From assembly GCA_016748015.1 (NCBI GenBank), contig JAAOMT010000183.1:1-64000 (forward strand): a DNA stretch of 64,000 nt. The letters are read 5' to 3'. Shown piece after piece: positions 1 to 12,167 of this stretch; within the stretch, counting starts at the first letter, position 1; each line of letters opens with the position of its first letter. Under the pieces are notes generated by a model. That model was given only the letters and a program-made list of their open reading frames with translations. It searched no databases and was not told the DNA's origin. This DNA is from Geosiphon pyriformis uo1. Its lineage: Eukaryota > Fungi > Glomeromycota. Position numbers and translations under genes: made by a program.

Positions 1-710
1 AATATCGCTATCCAATTTAGCAACTCCCAATTCTACAATCTTTTCCCATATTTCAGATTCTTCTATATTTATTTCATCCTGGGTTAAAATTGAGACAAGA
101 GCATTTTCACTAAGGGAGGTAAAATCTTGCGAGTTGAAGACTATAGCTGGATTTTCAGCAGCTATTTCGGTGCAGAATTTTTGTACCTTTTTGAAAGAAT
201 CATGCATAAATGAAGTTTTCTGCAAAGTGGTGAAATTTTCTTCTAGCTCTTTTGCACGGTGTTCAATCAAATAGTCTTCAAGGTGATCAATCATGTTTTC
301 TAGAATAAGCTCGTCAGCGGTAACAAGAACTTCTAAAATGGTAGGTACTCCATGTTTATCAAGAGAAATCTCGCCGTTATAAATGTATCTGCAGAAAAAT
401 AAAAAGTGAATTTCATGTTGGTTAAAATATTCAAAGCAATTGAAAACCCTTACCTGAGAATTATTTCAAAAATCTTTGGTGAAATATTGGGTTTAGGGAA
501 GATTATGGTATTTTTTTCCCTTTTAATCCAATTGCTAGAGAGTGCGACAGCAAAATATGGTGATCTTGCTGCTAAAATTTGGGAATGAGCATGAAAAGTT
601 CTAATATTGGGCGCTTCGCCAACTATAATTCTAATATCAGAGAACTTCTGACTGTTAAATAAATTCCCAAAATCATTGGATAAAGCGTGAAAGTATTGTT
701 GAGGTGACAT
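1..710 (-). CDS. BTB/POZ-BACK domain protein (partial, runs off window start)
   Basis: Exon 1 (710-454) reads LSNDFGNLFNSQKFSDIRIIVGEAPNIRTFHAHSQILAARSPYF...KPNISPKIFEIILR. A GT-AG intron (453-389) leads into YIYNGEISL...VTADELILENMIDHLEDYL...LSENALVSILTQDEINIEESEIWEKIVE (BACK). This family is highly expanded in Glomeromycotina. Confidence 0.9.
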
Positions 711-756
711 CGGTAAAATATGTGAAGTTTTTTTCCCTACGATCAGTATTTATGCT

Positions 757-3412
757 ATTTGATGTGCTGGGACCTATATTGCAGGAACACGGACGTCCCG
801 GACAATGTCCCAGTGTAACATTGTACACGGACATTGTCCCACCATTTTTTATTTATGTCCCGTTCCTTGATCTGAACTACTAAAACCCTAATCATGCCAT
901 CTTTACCTCTTTGATTAAATAAATATATAGTAAAACCAATATTAAAATCAATCAAAGCAATTTAAGGAAATTTTTTTTTCCCTTACAAAAAAGATTATAT
1001 TAGACAACATTTTAAAAAATGTAATCATTTTCACAATCAAACTACACCTAAAGAATGAGCATAAATAGATGAGCTAGTAATAGCTTCATCATCTACAAAT
1101 ATAAGACCTTGTATGTTAAGTGTTTATTATTGATAACTAATTTGAATATTAAAAAAATTTTATTAAAAATAGTGAATAATTAAAGACCTATCTCAAGTGC
1201 ATTATATTCTTTTATTTCATCCTAAAAAGTAATAGTCCGTTCAGAATCTTATAGTTTAAAAAATAATTATATTGTTTAGCCATTGACAAATGAAGATCAA
1301 AAACAATTTAACAAATTTTTGCTTTAAATAACAGTTTCTTATGGATGGTTTTTGTCTTGAATCAATTTAAATTTTTGAATTCTCTTCTTATACTTCATAA
1401 TCATTGAAAATTAAGTGAGCAAATTTTGAATAAAGTTGTTAATAATACTAATAAATCTATAGAAGTTGTTTTTAAAGAAGATCTAATAAATATAACTTGA
1501 ACATTTATTGGGAATTATCTGAAAAAAAGCTCTGTGTTTAGAAAGTCTTTACTATTAGTTCTAAATGTAAAAGACATTAAAAAATTATAAATAAAACTAA
1601 AAGTATGATTACTGAATTAAAAACAATAAATATTAAAGTTGTTTTTATTCTTACAAATAATATTTGTGCTTATACAGTTGCAAAATAAGTATACAATTAC
1701 ATATTATTTATATTTATATTTAAATATATAATAATTTATAATTTATACAATATAAACATCAATTGAAATTTCAAAAAGATCTATTGTTTTTCTTCTATGT
1801 TTCGTCTATTAATTGAATTTTTGTATTGGAGAGATTTTTAAAGAATTAATACTATTAAAAAGAATTATTGACCAAAAAATTAAAGTTGCTACATATTTTC
1901 AAAATACCAATAACCAATTTTTTATTAGTCAATTATATAACAAACAATTTAAAATCTATAAATTATCAAATTTAATCTATTTTAAAATTAAATTAAACAT
2001 TTAATTACGCTTTTTACTTTATATTACAAGTTACTTAATATACTTTAATAAAACAAAGCTTGTTTATTTGAAATTGTTTTAAGTATGACTTATTTTATAC
2101 AACTTTGAATATTATATTGTAACAATATTCTTGCAATACAATTAATTGCAAGACTTGAATAATGTTGAAGTAAATAAAAACAACCAATTTTATTAAATAT
2201 AAAATAAATCAATTTTGATCTATGGTTTCCAGTAGTAATTATTCTACTTTTAGAAAATACTTGAGTTATTATTATTATGTATAAATAAACAAAGAACCAA
2301 AGTGTATTGTTTGAAAAAATATTTTTTTATAATATAACTTATTATCAATTTAAAAATAATGTTTTGGCTTATTAATATTATGCTAATAATTTAATTAATA
2401 AGTTAAAGTTTGTTACATGTAGAATTTTTGGCGTTTGTATTAATGCTCTTCAATTGAACAATTATGAAGTTGTATGAGTTTTATTTAAACAAATTGGCAC
2501 AATTATTTGGCTAAATAATTGTTTTAATAATTGTTTATTTATACTTTTAATAACCAGTTTTATATTTTAAATATTAAAAGCATTCAATATAAGTAAATTA
2601 TGGGCTAATATAACTTACAAACATTGTTATGAGCCAGATATTTCCTTTTGATCTTTTTTCAAACTACTTCAATATAAGTGGTTTTTAATAATAATAATAC
2701 TAAGTTATTAAACAAGATGTTAGACAAAATCATAAGTACAGCAGTAACTGAAACTTCAAAAAAAAAAGATAATAATCCACAATCTGCAGAAACAGAAAAT
2801 AAAGAAAATGATTTATCTTGTATTTCGGAAATTAAGTTGGGTAAATATCTTTAAGAATAGGTGAAAATATTAAAAGAGAAGACAAATATAATCGAGGATC
2901 AAGATAACATTTTAGCATTATATAGTACTATTCATTTGGCTATAGATGAAGATGCTAAATAGAAATTAGCCAGGTTATTTTGTCTTTTAGATTTACCATT
3001 TCATTAGAAATTTTGATGATTTATACATAATACTTGAAGATCGAAACACATAAAGTAAATGCTTAGTGAATTATGTAGATTTAGCACATCAATAGGATAA
3101 ACATATAGTGCCACAAATCATACACTCCCAAGATATATTCAAACAAAGTTATATTTAAGGAATTCAATTTAAAAGACTCTAACAATTAATAAAATATTAC
3201 CCAATCGACATAAATATTGCATAAAAAAATATAATTCTGTTATTCTTGCAATTTTAATAAAACATAACGAATTTATATTGTTTTTAGCAGGATTAAACAT
3301 TTGGCTGTCTTTTATATAATATTGTTCATGACATCAAAATTTTGGTGGACAAGTCTACGGATGTCTGTTCTCTCCTATCTATTGTCTGTGTTCCTGTCCC
3401 ATAACAACACTG
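757..3412 (+). mobile_element. Decayed hAT-superfamily DNA transposon
   Basis: Stop-riddled + strand transposase remnants: PLTNEDQKQFNKFLL, a CxxHxLN-like motif leading into NFCIGEIFKE (ORF 1813-2004), and a dimerisation-domain relic FVTCRIFGVCINA..IEQL*SCM. The right end reverse-complements to CAGTGTTGTTATGGGACAGGAACACAGAC, imperfectly matching the left GATGTGCTGGGAC..CAGGAACACGGAC. No TSD recognised. Confidence 0.72.
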
Positions 3413-4199
3413 CTTACTTAGAGCTAAAGTTATATGTTAATTTGCACTTTATTGATTGATCAGTTAATTTTGAATCTTTTCTCTAAGAGATTATTCTTAA
3501 GGGGCTTTGTTTGCTGCAATTAAATCGCCTCCAAAGATCAGAGCCTCTGTTTAAAAAGCATAAAATATCTAAGCGGCCAGATTTTCGTTTTTTTTGATCA
3601 AATATAACATGAATTAAATTTTTATTAGTATTATAATTAAGTGAAACTTTAGATCTCAAAAATTCTGTGCAAAAAAAATCTTTAATAAAAAATTTTTCAA
3701 ATTTATATTTTAATATACTGTATCATAATAGCAAGCTAAAAAAAATATACTTCATTTATTGTTTAAATTATTTATATATTATAAGGTTATAAGTTACTTT
3801 TCTTGGCAAATAAAGTATATAAACTGTCGATTTTGAATCTAGAATATTCTTGAATGAAACTTTTTCTTTATCGAAGCATTTTTTAAATTAATTAAGATTT
3901 ATTTTTAAAAAAACATTGTCTTAAAATAATTTAATTTAAAATTGGTGTATTTGGATCATTTTCCCATACTTACCTTCATCTTACCAAATATTTCAGATTG
4001 CTTAATAATTAAGAATTTTTTAATTAAAAGAGAAAAAAAAATTGTTAAAATCAAATCAATAATTATACAAATAACTACTTTTAAAAATAGAATAATTAAC
4101 TAATAATATTAATAACTAATACATGTAACTAATTATGATTAAGTAAATAAATAAAAGTAAAAGTTTCAATTGTAACAATATTAAATTTCAATTAATATT

Positions 4200-5650
4200 T
4201 ATTTAGTTTTAAAAACAAAACAAGTTACATTTTTACACATAATTTTAATGAATTATTTTGTTAGATTATCTAATTTTTAAAATTGAACTGATTTGCTAAA
4301 AACCAAATTATCTTTTTCTTTTTTGCTTTCTGGTAATACTGCTAATTTTAATAATATTTAAAAAACTTTAAATAAGTAGATTTTATTTTAATGTTTAATA
4401 AAACTGACAAGATTAAAATAATTTATATTAAAACAGTATTTCAATTTTTGCATAGTTTTTTTGAATTGAAATCAATTATAATAAACAATATTAAACTTTT
4501 TTGTGTAAAGTTTTTATTTTAGATCTTTTTAAATACTATTATACAAATTAAACTTGTTAAATTATTATTATTTTTTACTTTTAAAATTGTAAAATCTTCA
4601 GTAGTATTAAAATAATATTAAAAATGTTTTGAATGTTTTTGGTAAAATTTTTTAAATTAATTTAAAGCTTATTAGTTAATGACTATATATATTTGTGTAT
4701 TTTAAAACTCTTAAAGTGTTAAAATTGTTTTTGTTTATTAATTAATTTTTGTTATAAAACATAATATTAAAATTTTTCTTTTTTTTAATTAAAAAAAATT
4801 AATTGTTTTTTTTATACTGCTTTTAAGATTAGTGAATTAATTTTTTAAGTTTATAATTATATTTGTTTTTGATTTTTTTAATAAATAAAATATGTTATTA
4901 TTATTTTTGGTTTTCAAATTGATTTGGATGCTGCTATTATTAAAACTGATATTTTAAAGAAAAAACTGTTTTGAGTAAAAAACTTTAAAAATATCAATAC
5001 TGTTTTAAATATCAAAGTTTAAATTATTTGGTCTTTAATTACAAGAGATTTTTTTTTAAAGTTTTCTTTTAAACCTATTATTGACTTTAAAATTTTTAAG
5101 TGTTATTTTGCTAAAACAAAATTTTATGCTAAAATTGTTGCTTTTTTGGTTTTTTTATCTGTTGTTAATATTATTAATTTTACAGTTAGCTTTAAGTTGG
5201 GTTTTTTAGAATTTAAGCTAATTAAGTTGGTTTTGTTAATTAGATTTATTGTTAAATTTATTGGTGTTTTGGTTTTTTTGAATACAAAGTTGGTTGGTGC
5301 TTTTTTTTTAAATGTTGAAATAAAAGAAAAAAATATTATCATTTTTGGAAAATTTGTTGGTAATTTAAATAAAAAAAATTATCAATTTTAAGATAAAATA
5401 TAGCATAAATAGTTTATCTGATAATAATATGCTTAATACAAATTTAAATTTTCTTTTTAATAAGAAAAATTTTGTTAGAATAATTGTTTTTTGAAAGCTT
5501 TAAATATCTAATATCAAGTTAAATGCAAATAATACTGCTGTATAATTGTCTGTTTAGTTTCTAATAGTAAGAGTCTGATTGTAATTATACATAAGATGAC
5601 TGTATTAAGTAAATTTCCTTTGGTATATTTAATGTAGTTTAATCTTAACT
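4200..5650 (+). mobile_element. Heavily decayed repeat, possibly LINE ORF1-like relic (boundaries approximate)
   Basis: Very AT-rich and T-skewed on the + strand like the LINEs at 52-61 kb. Residual frame KIFKCYFAKTKFYAKIVA..KLGFLEFKLIKLVLLIRFIVKFIGVLV resembles a retroelement ORF1 coiled-coil end. Weak support. Confidence 0.3.
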
Positions 5651-5699
5651 GGACTTATATCTGGTCATATGTAAAAAGTACATAAATTATGTTTATTTT

Positions 5700-6160
5700 A
5701 GAACACTTTATTGTTGTATTGTTATAGATATTAATAATTGAACTACACATTAAATAAATGAAGATTTTCCAGATATTTCCTTTAGATTCTTGGAAAGTCC
5801 AAGATCCGGAAATTTTTATCGAAATTTTGTTAATCAAAACATTGAATTATTTTTCGAGAGTACAAGATAAAAAAAATAAATGAATATTATGAATCAAATA
5901 TAGAATAAAGAAATCGCCTTTCTGAACTAAAGACTTTACTCAAGTTTTTGAATAAGATATTAAGTTTTGAAAGTGCTAATATAGATTGAATACATACTCT
6001 TTAATAAATTCTTTCATTTTAAATATATCACTATTTGAGGACTGTTTTAAACATTTCAATGCATATTGTATATCGTTGCCACCTCTTTTCAACTTGGCAC
6101 TAAAGACCTCTGCAATATTCTGAAATTCATCACAAGTAAAAAGTTTAATATTTCCTTCCT
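5700..6160 (-). pseudogene. Protein kinase (TKL-like) N-lobe/activation-segment fragment
   Basis: Minus strand reads IKLFTCDEFQNIAEVFSAKLKRGGNDIQYALKCLKQ..MKEFIKE (VAIK-like lysine and helix C), then NVLINKISIKIS, a 1-nt frameshift, and DLGLSKNL (DFG equivalent). The glycine loop and catalytic loop are missing. Confidence 0.65.
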
Positions 6161-6507
6161 TCCTTCCTTCCTTGATTGATTTCTCAAGTCAGTCGAAAGG
6201 TAAAGTGGACTTTTCAAATGATGAAGTTGAAGACATTTTTTTTCAAGTTTAAACATTTTGTAGAAAATTAAAAATCCAACAAGAGCTTTCTATCTCATGA
6301 AACAGAATGAAATGTAACAAATCGACAAGGTGATTGCAACCACGTGTGCATGTACATATATATTGAGGTGTGGTGAAAGAAGCTAAAGCAAAAACGAGCA
6401 GAAAATAGTTTAAACAGAAGGCTGTTGATTCTTTCTTACAAATAATATTTACCAAATAAATAATATTTGTGATTGATTACAAAAAGATTCAGTGGAAAAT
6501 CTTGGAA

Positions 6508-6508
<1 letters not shown>

Positions 6509-6544
<36 letters not shown>
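6509..6544. repeat. (TTGA)9 microsatellite
   Basis: Perfect tandem tetranucleotide repeat. Confidence 0.95.
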
Positions 6545-6545
<1 letters not shown>

Positions 6546-7306
6546 GTGTGGTTTGTTTAATCTATTTTTTTTTCTTTCAAGTTTTTCGGTGATGTATTTT
6601 TATAAATATTATGAATGAATTATTTATTTATTAGTTTAAAGAGTTACAAATTGATTAAAAGATGTTCATAGGAATAATAAATATTTCTTGATTGAGAATA
6701 TGCTAAAAAGTTTAAAAGATTTAGAAATTCCTGTATCGTATGAAAAAAAAAGTTTGAGAAGGTTGATAAATTTATAAATTTGGTGACACTATTATCATGT
6801 TTATATAATTTAAAATTTTCTATAATTTGTTTATTGGGCTTTGATTGTACGTTAAAATTCTTTGATACTAAATATGATAATAAAATTTCAAAATTAAAGG
6901 AAATATTTTCCCTAAAATAATAAATATTACGGTGTCGACTATAACAAAAAAGCAGAATTAAATTTAATAATTATAATTAAATTTGGATTATATAATTATG
7001 ATGATTATGATGATTACGATGATGAATGAGATAATTTTTTCACAAAAAGAATCTCATTCTAAATACATGTACATTTATTTGATGTTTCTCTCTCGAAAGT
7101 TTGTTTATTGAACTATTTGGTTTATGAAAATATATAGAAATAAAAAAAAGTCTTGTTCTCACAGTTAATTAATAACTTGATGTCTTGATTGATTTGATTT
7201 TTACAAATTTGGTTTGTAAGAAAGGTATTTTTAAAATAGATTTCGAAAAAGAATTTCATGAAAAACCATGTTAATAATGGGGAAAAGGTTTTTAATGACT
7301 TTGGAA

Positions 7307-7344
<38 letters not shown>
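7307..7344. repeat. (TAT)n microsatellite
   Basis: Perfect tandem trinucleotide repeat. Confidence 0.95.
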
Positions 7345-7345
<1 letters not shown>

Positions 7346-7799
7346 GGAAAAATTTTTTGAAACTTTAGAATTTTTAATTATTGAGATGTTTATTTTTTAT
7401 TCAAAGTTATTTAGCTCACTTGTTGCTCATAGATGCTAAGCCAAAGGTTTTCCTTGTGTTTTATTAAGTTAATGACTAAATAATAATAGATAGATTGGCT
7501 TCATATAATTTAAGAACTCTTCATTATTTAGGTTTCAAAAACAGAATCCAAAATTTTTAATTAAAATTTGCTTTAATGAACGAAGCCTCATTTCAAAATA
7601 TTTTGTAAAACGTCTTGTTGAGATTACCATTATATTTCCCATTTTTGCCAATATAATTTATTTGTAAGAAAATCTTTAAATGGAAACACCCGGGGAAATA
7701 TTTATTTGTCATCAAAATAGAAAAGGTCTATCAACTTTCGAAATATTTCTTTGAACTACCGAGAGTTTTAATTTTTGCTCACAACTGTTTCTCTCCAGC

Positions 7800-9322
7800 A
7801 TGAAATTGAAACCTTTTTTGAAAGCTTTTTTCAATAAAACTTTTTCGCGACGAAAAAATCTAAAAAAAATTTCAATGATATTCCCTTTAAATTTTATTTC
7901 AATAATTTTTATCTTTTTTTTATTTAATTTTATTTTGAGTATTCACAATTTATTTAATCGAATAATTTCTGTTAAAGAAATCAAAAAAAATTCTGTGAAA
8001 ATTTTAAATCCTATTTTCAATTTTAAACATTTAAATTCCTCCTTTAACTTGAAACGAAGTTTTTCTGATTCAATAAAACCACTTATATATGGTGAATCAC
8101 AAATCAAATATTTATATTATATGGCAAAAGTTGCTAGTGAACCTTACTGTGCCATAGAACATTCCACTTTAAGGGAAAATGAAGTTTTAAGTTGGGTAAA
8201 ATTTTATGAAATAGTGCAACAATATAAAGTTTAAAACCAATTTTTTAATTACATCTTTTATTTTTTAGCCGGAATATTTCAAGCCGTGTCTAACTCCAAT
8301 GAGAAAAAGCGTATTATATATGTGACCTTTGCAGGATATGTAAATAAAATTTTTATCTCGAATTTTTCATATCAAATTTAAAACTTTGAAAAAATTCATT
8401 CATTTTGCTTTAAACATTCATAAAAATCAAAGTTATTAACAAAAAATCACTGGGTAACCAGAAAATCAAGGCTTGTTCAGCTTTGGATTCCCATTAAAGG
8501 TGTTAATATGCCCAGAGCAAAACTTGATCAAGTTTTTCAACACGAGGCTAGAGCAACTACTATAAAAACATTTCAACGACTTAGAGACATCTTATCAGAC
8601 GATCGTTATATCTCCTCTCAAATTGTGTTTGTTGGTCATGCATTTGGAGGAGGTGAGATTTGAAAAAAAAAATTAAAAATTTCTAAAACGTTTTTGATGA
8701 ATTTCAAACTTTTTTTTTCCAATTTTGTTTTTTAAATCCTATTCTCACAAATTAAGCGGTTGCTGCAATCGTCGGCCTTTATTTTGCATACTGGATTCAA
8801 TCGATAAAATTGAATCTGAAAGTTTTAACTTTTGGAGTAATTTCATTTGGAGCCCCTAGAATAGGAGACGAGAAATTCAATGAAATATCTAACAAAATGG
8901 TTCCACATGCTCGGTACACTTTTGAAAATGATCATGTACCCCATTTTCCTCTTCGTGTTAAGGGTTATAAACATTCAGGCTTCGAGATTTGGATCAAAGC
9001 ACCCGATTGCGATTGTTTACCTAAAGATTCTTCTGTTGAATATTATGATTGCAATTCTCGAATTGAATCTCCTTCTTGGACAACGATTACCAATTTCAAC
9101 CCTGAGGAAAATCCGGTAAAGTAAAACTGAATTATCTTACGAGTATTTTGGCTTTTAACTTGAAAAGCAATTTTGATATTAAAATTATTATTTTTTTAGA
9201 ATTGTAATGCAGGACGATCTATTGCAGATATTCCAAATGATCATTTTCACAATGGACCATATTTTGGCCAAATAATGGGAGATTGCCCAAGAGAAAAATT
9301 AGAAAGATTATTTTTACTATAA
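7800..9322 (+). CDS. Secreted class-3 lipase-fold protein, 5 exons, with nucleophile Ser replaced by Ala
   Basis: Hydrophobic signal/anchor from Met 7875. Motifs YMAKVASEPYC, IYVTFAGY, IVFVGHAFGG|AVA, ISFGAPRIGDEKF, RYTFENDHVPHFP, YKHSGFEIWI, ENP|NCNAG, HNGPYFG. GT-AG introns join the exons without stops; TAA at 9320-9322. Confidence 0.88.
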
Positions 9323-10254
9323 TGAATTTTTATCAACTTAAAAGTTTTTTTCAAACAATAATAAGTTATACTTAAATAATATTTACAACGGGAGTTTTGA
9401 GAAAGAATAATTTAAGAAAAAAAAATATATATATATATATATATTAAATGAATTCCCAAAGTCAGATCAAATTTAAATTATTTTTACATGTTTAAAAAAG
9501 ATTTTTAAATGAAATTATGAGATTCAAGTAAAAATAAAATTTAATAATAAATATCGATTCAATGAATATTTATCGACATTAAAATTCTTGTAAAATATAT
9601 ATTAATTTTCTTTAAATATCTCGAATTAAATTTAAATGTACATGTACTTTTTAAATTATTATTTCTTTAACAAACCTTGTTATTTAAATTTCATGAGGAT
9701 TTTAATTCAACATTATCATGCTAATTGATCAAACTTGAATATCCCTAAACCCGATTAAACACTGCATCAATATAAAATTTGACTTGCTTTTAAAGAATGA
9801 TGTTTGATTGCTGTATCAATTAATGAACATTAGATCTGTAGTATGGAGTAAAACAAATTTTATGGAAAAAAATGAGGTGATTCACTTAAACATGGTTTAA
9901 AGAATGATATGATAAGAAATTCGATTTCAGAGTAAAAAATTATTTCATCATAATTTTTTTGCCTTAAAATTAAATTAAAAAACTTTGAAAATATGACATA
10001 TTAATATTTCATCTACAAAATTTATTAAACTTTTTCATCGAATTTAATTTTACAAAAATATAACTGACATAAACGTTTAAGAGCTTTCGTCAAAAAGGTA
10101 TTCAGGAATGTTAGTTGTTGTTGTTATTGTTATTAATCATGCTAAGTCAGTGAAATGATGCCCCCTTAAAAAATTTTTTTTAATAACGGATATAAAAACT
10201 ATTCCAAGACCTACTAAAATTTTTACCCAACTTGACTCCTCCCCTTCTTTAAAC

Positions 10255-11539
10255 ATGGAAAACACGCATTTTAATCGACTTAGAACTCCAAAAATTGATG
10301 AAACAATCATTATAGACGATCGATGCTTGACTATGAAATTGTGCCGTTTATTTTTTAATGCTGTTCAAGCGGGGGTAAAAACAATTAAAATTTCTCGTGA
10401 CTGCGTTCCTTATAAAATTGTCAAAAAAAATATCCCAGAAATTGAAGAAGGAAACTTCATAAGAGATTTGGTATTTCAATCCAAATTTGTTTTTGACGGT
10501 ATCAAGTTGACTCATGAAGAACCGGGATTAAGATTTGATTGGGGTCTATCACAAAGAAAAGAAATTTTGAGGAGGTCAATTGGAACTGGAAAACTTTGTA
10601 ATCGTGATCCTCCTTTGCTTCGTGGTGGTAGAGGTGTCTACGGTTGTGTTGGGGTCCTGAAAACCATCCGTATTCCTCAATGCGAGCTCGGAACTAAAGT
10701 ATTCTTACAATTCCTAAAAAAGGCAATAGCTCTTCTTCCAGGATTTCAATTTGTATTTGATTGGGCATGGAATGGAGTTGACCTATTTAATCAACGCACC
10801 TATCATCATGGTCAAATAACCTTGGTATCAAAATCAGGTGTCATCATTTTGGTTGGACTAGCTTCAATCCCTGACTTTACCAAAAAATCTCGAATTGCCA
10901 TCAAAGAAAAATTGAAAGAGCAATTGGCTCTCCAAAAGAGGTTTATTTTGGACAACCAATCTGAACATGATGGATGCATTGGAGTAATTGCTGCTTTATA
11001 TATCTATGAGAATGGTAATCAAATCGATTTCGTGGATGCTGTCGATTGTGAGATTGCGTCAATTGTTTCAATTATGACATCACGAATTGAAGAACAGCTG
11101 GCAAAGCCCGGAAAAAGACCCGAAGGTGATAATTTTTTATAATGAATGTGCCAAAATCTTTGGTTTTCTATCTAAAAGTCCTAATATTTCTTGGAAATTT
11201 AATTTCAATATGCTAGATTTCTTTCAATCAAAGCTAGATGATATATGGATCTCAGAAATGTTTATATTTCGGATAAATAACTACACAGCAAGACTGATCA
11301 TAAAAATGGATTGTATCGATCTTGCGGGCACTCTGGCGCTTCAAATACTTCGATCTCGACTTCAAAATAAAAATTGTGATAAAGAAAAAGTAGATTCCGA
11401 GATAGAAGACGCAATATTACGATATCACCACTCCAGATCTGGATATATTCGCTCAAATATTTTATTGAGCAAAGATTGGCTCCCAGATCCCAAGTTTCCC
11501 TCGGCCCAGTACGCCTCAATGCCAAGAAACGAATTCTAA
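10255..11539 (+). CDS. Uncharacterised protein (two ORFs joined by a possible 91-nt intron 11126-11216 or by a frameshift)
   Basis: A 295-aa ATG ORF overlaps a 150-aa ORF, both with coding-like composition. A GTGATA...GCTAG phase-1 intron would fuse them in frame. No confident family assignment. Confidence 0.6.
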
Positions 11540-12167
11540 GGATCATCCAGCTGTTCTGAAAGAAAGACAATCAATTATTAGGAGTAAACTCTCAAAACGC
11601 TATCAATAATTTGGATTGCTCAATATTTTGCTCTAAAAAGTATCAAAGTGGGATAATAGCTTCGCAGGGTTTTCTTATTTATCCTATTATTTTGTTTTTG
11701 GCACCGATTTATAATCTATTCAATATATCAGATGGTAACTTAAACTTAAAGCCATCAACTCTTCAATATTTGTAAAAGTGAGGTACTTTGAGGATTTATT
11801 TCTTGTATTTGTAAAATTTGGATGTTCACGTCTCTTTGAAGAAAAAGTCTTTAATATTTTTTAAAAAAATTGAAACAATTAGCATATTAATATCGAATAT
11901 AAATATTAAAGACTAAAATAAAACAAAGTCCAAAATTTTATTTTTTGAATCCCAATATTTTCTCGTTTTTTTTTGTTTTGAAAAAACTACTTTTATATAT
12001 TGAACCATTATGTCAAGAGGCTAGTTTTTTCTGGACTCTTTAAATTATAGTGTTCATTTTTCAAACTTGTAGCCCAGATTCCAGTAATTTTAAAAGTGTG
12101 TAAAATGAAAACACCGGAGGTAGGTGGCAAAATTTTTCTTCCAAGAGCATGATCGAATTTGAATTTT

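Noticed and set aside
6249-6455. ORF with CTC..CNH resembling a SWIM zinc finger
   Set aside because: Short, lies between simple repeats, and has no flanking transposase or other supporting domain.
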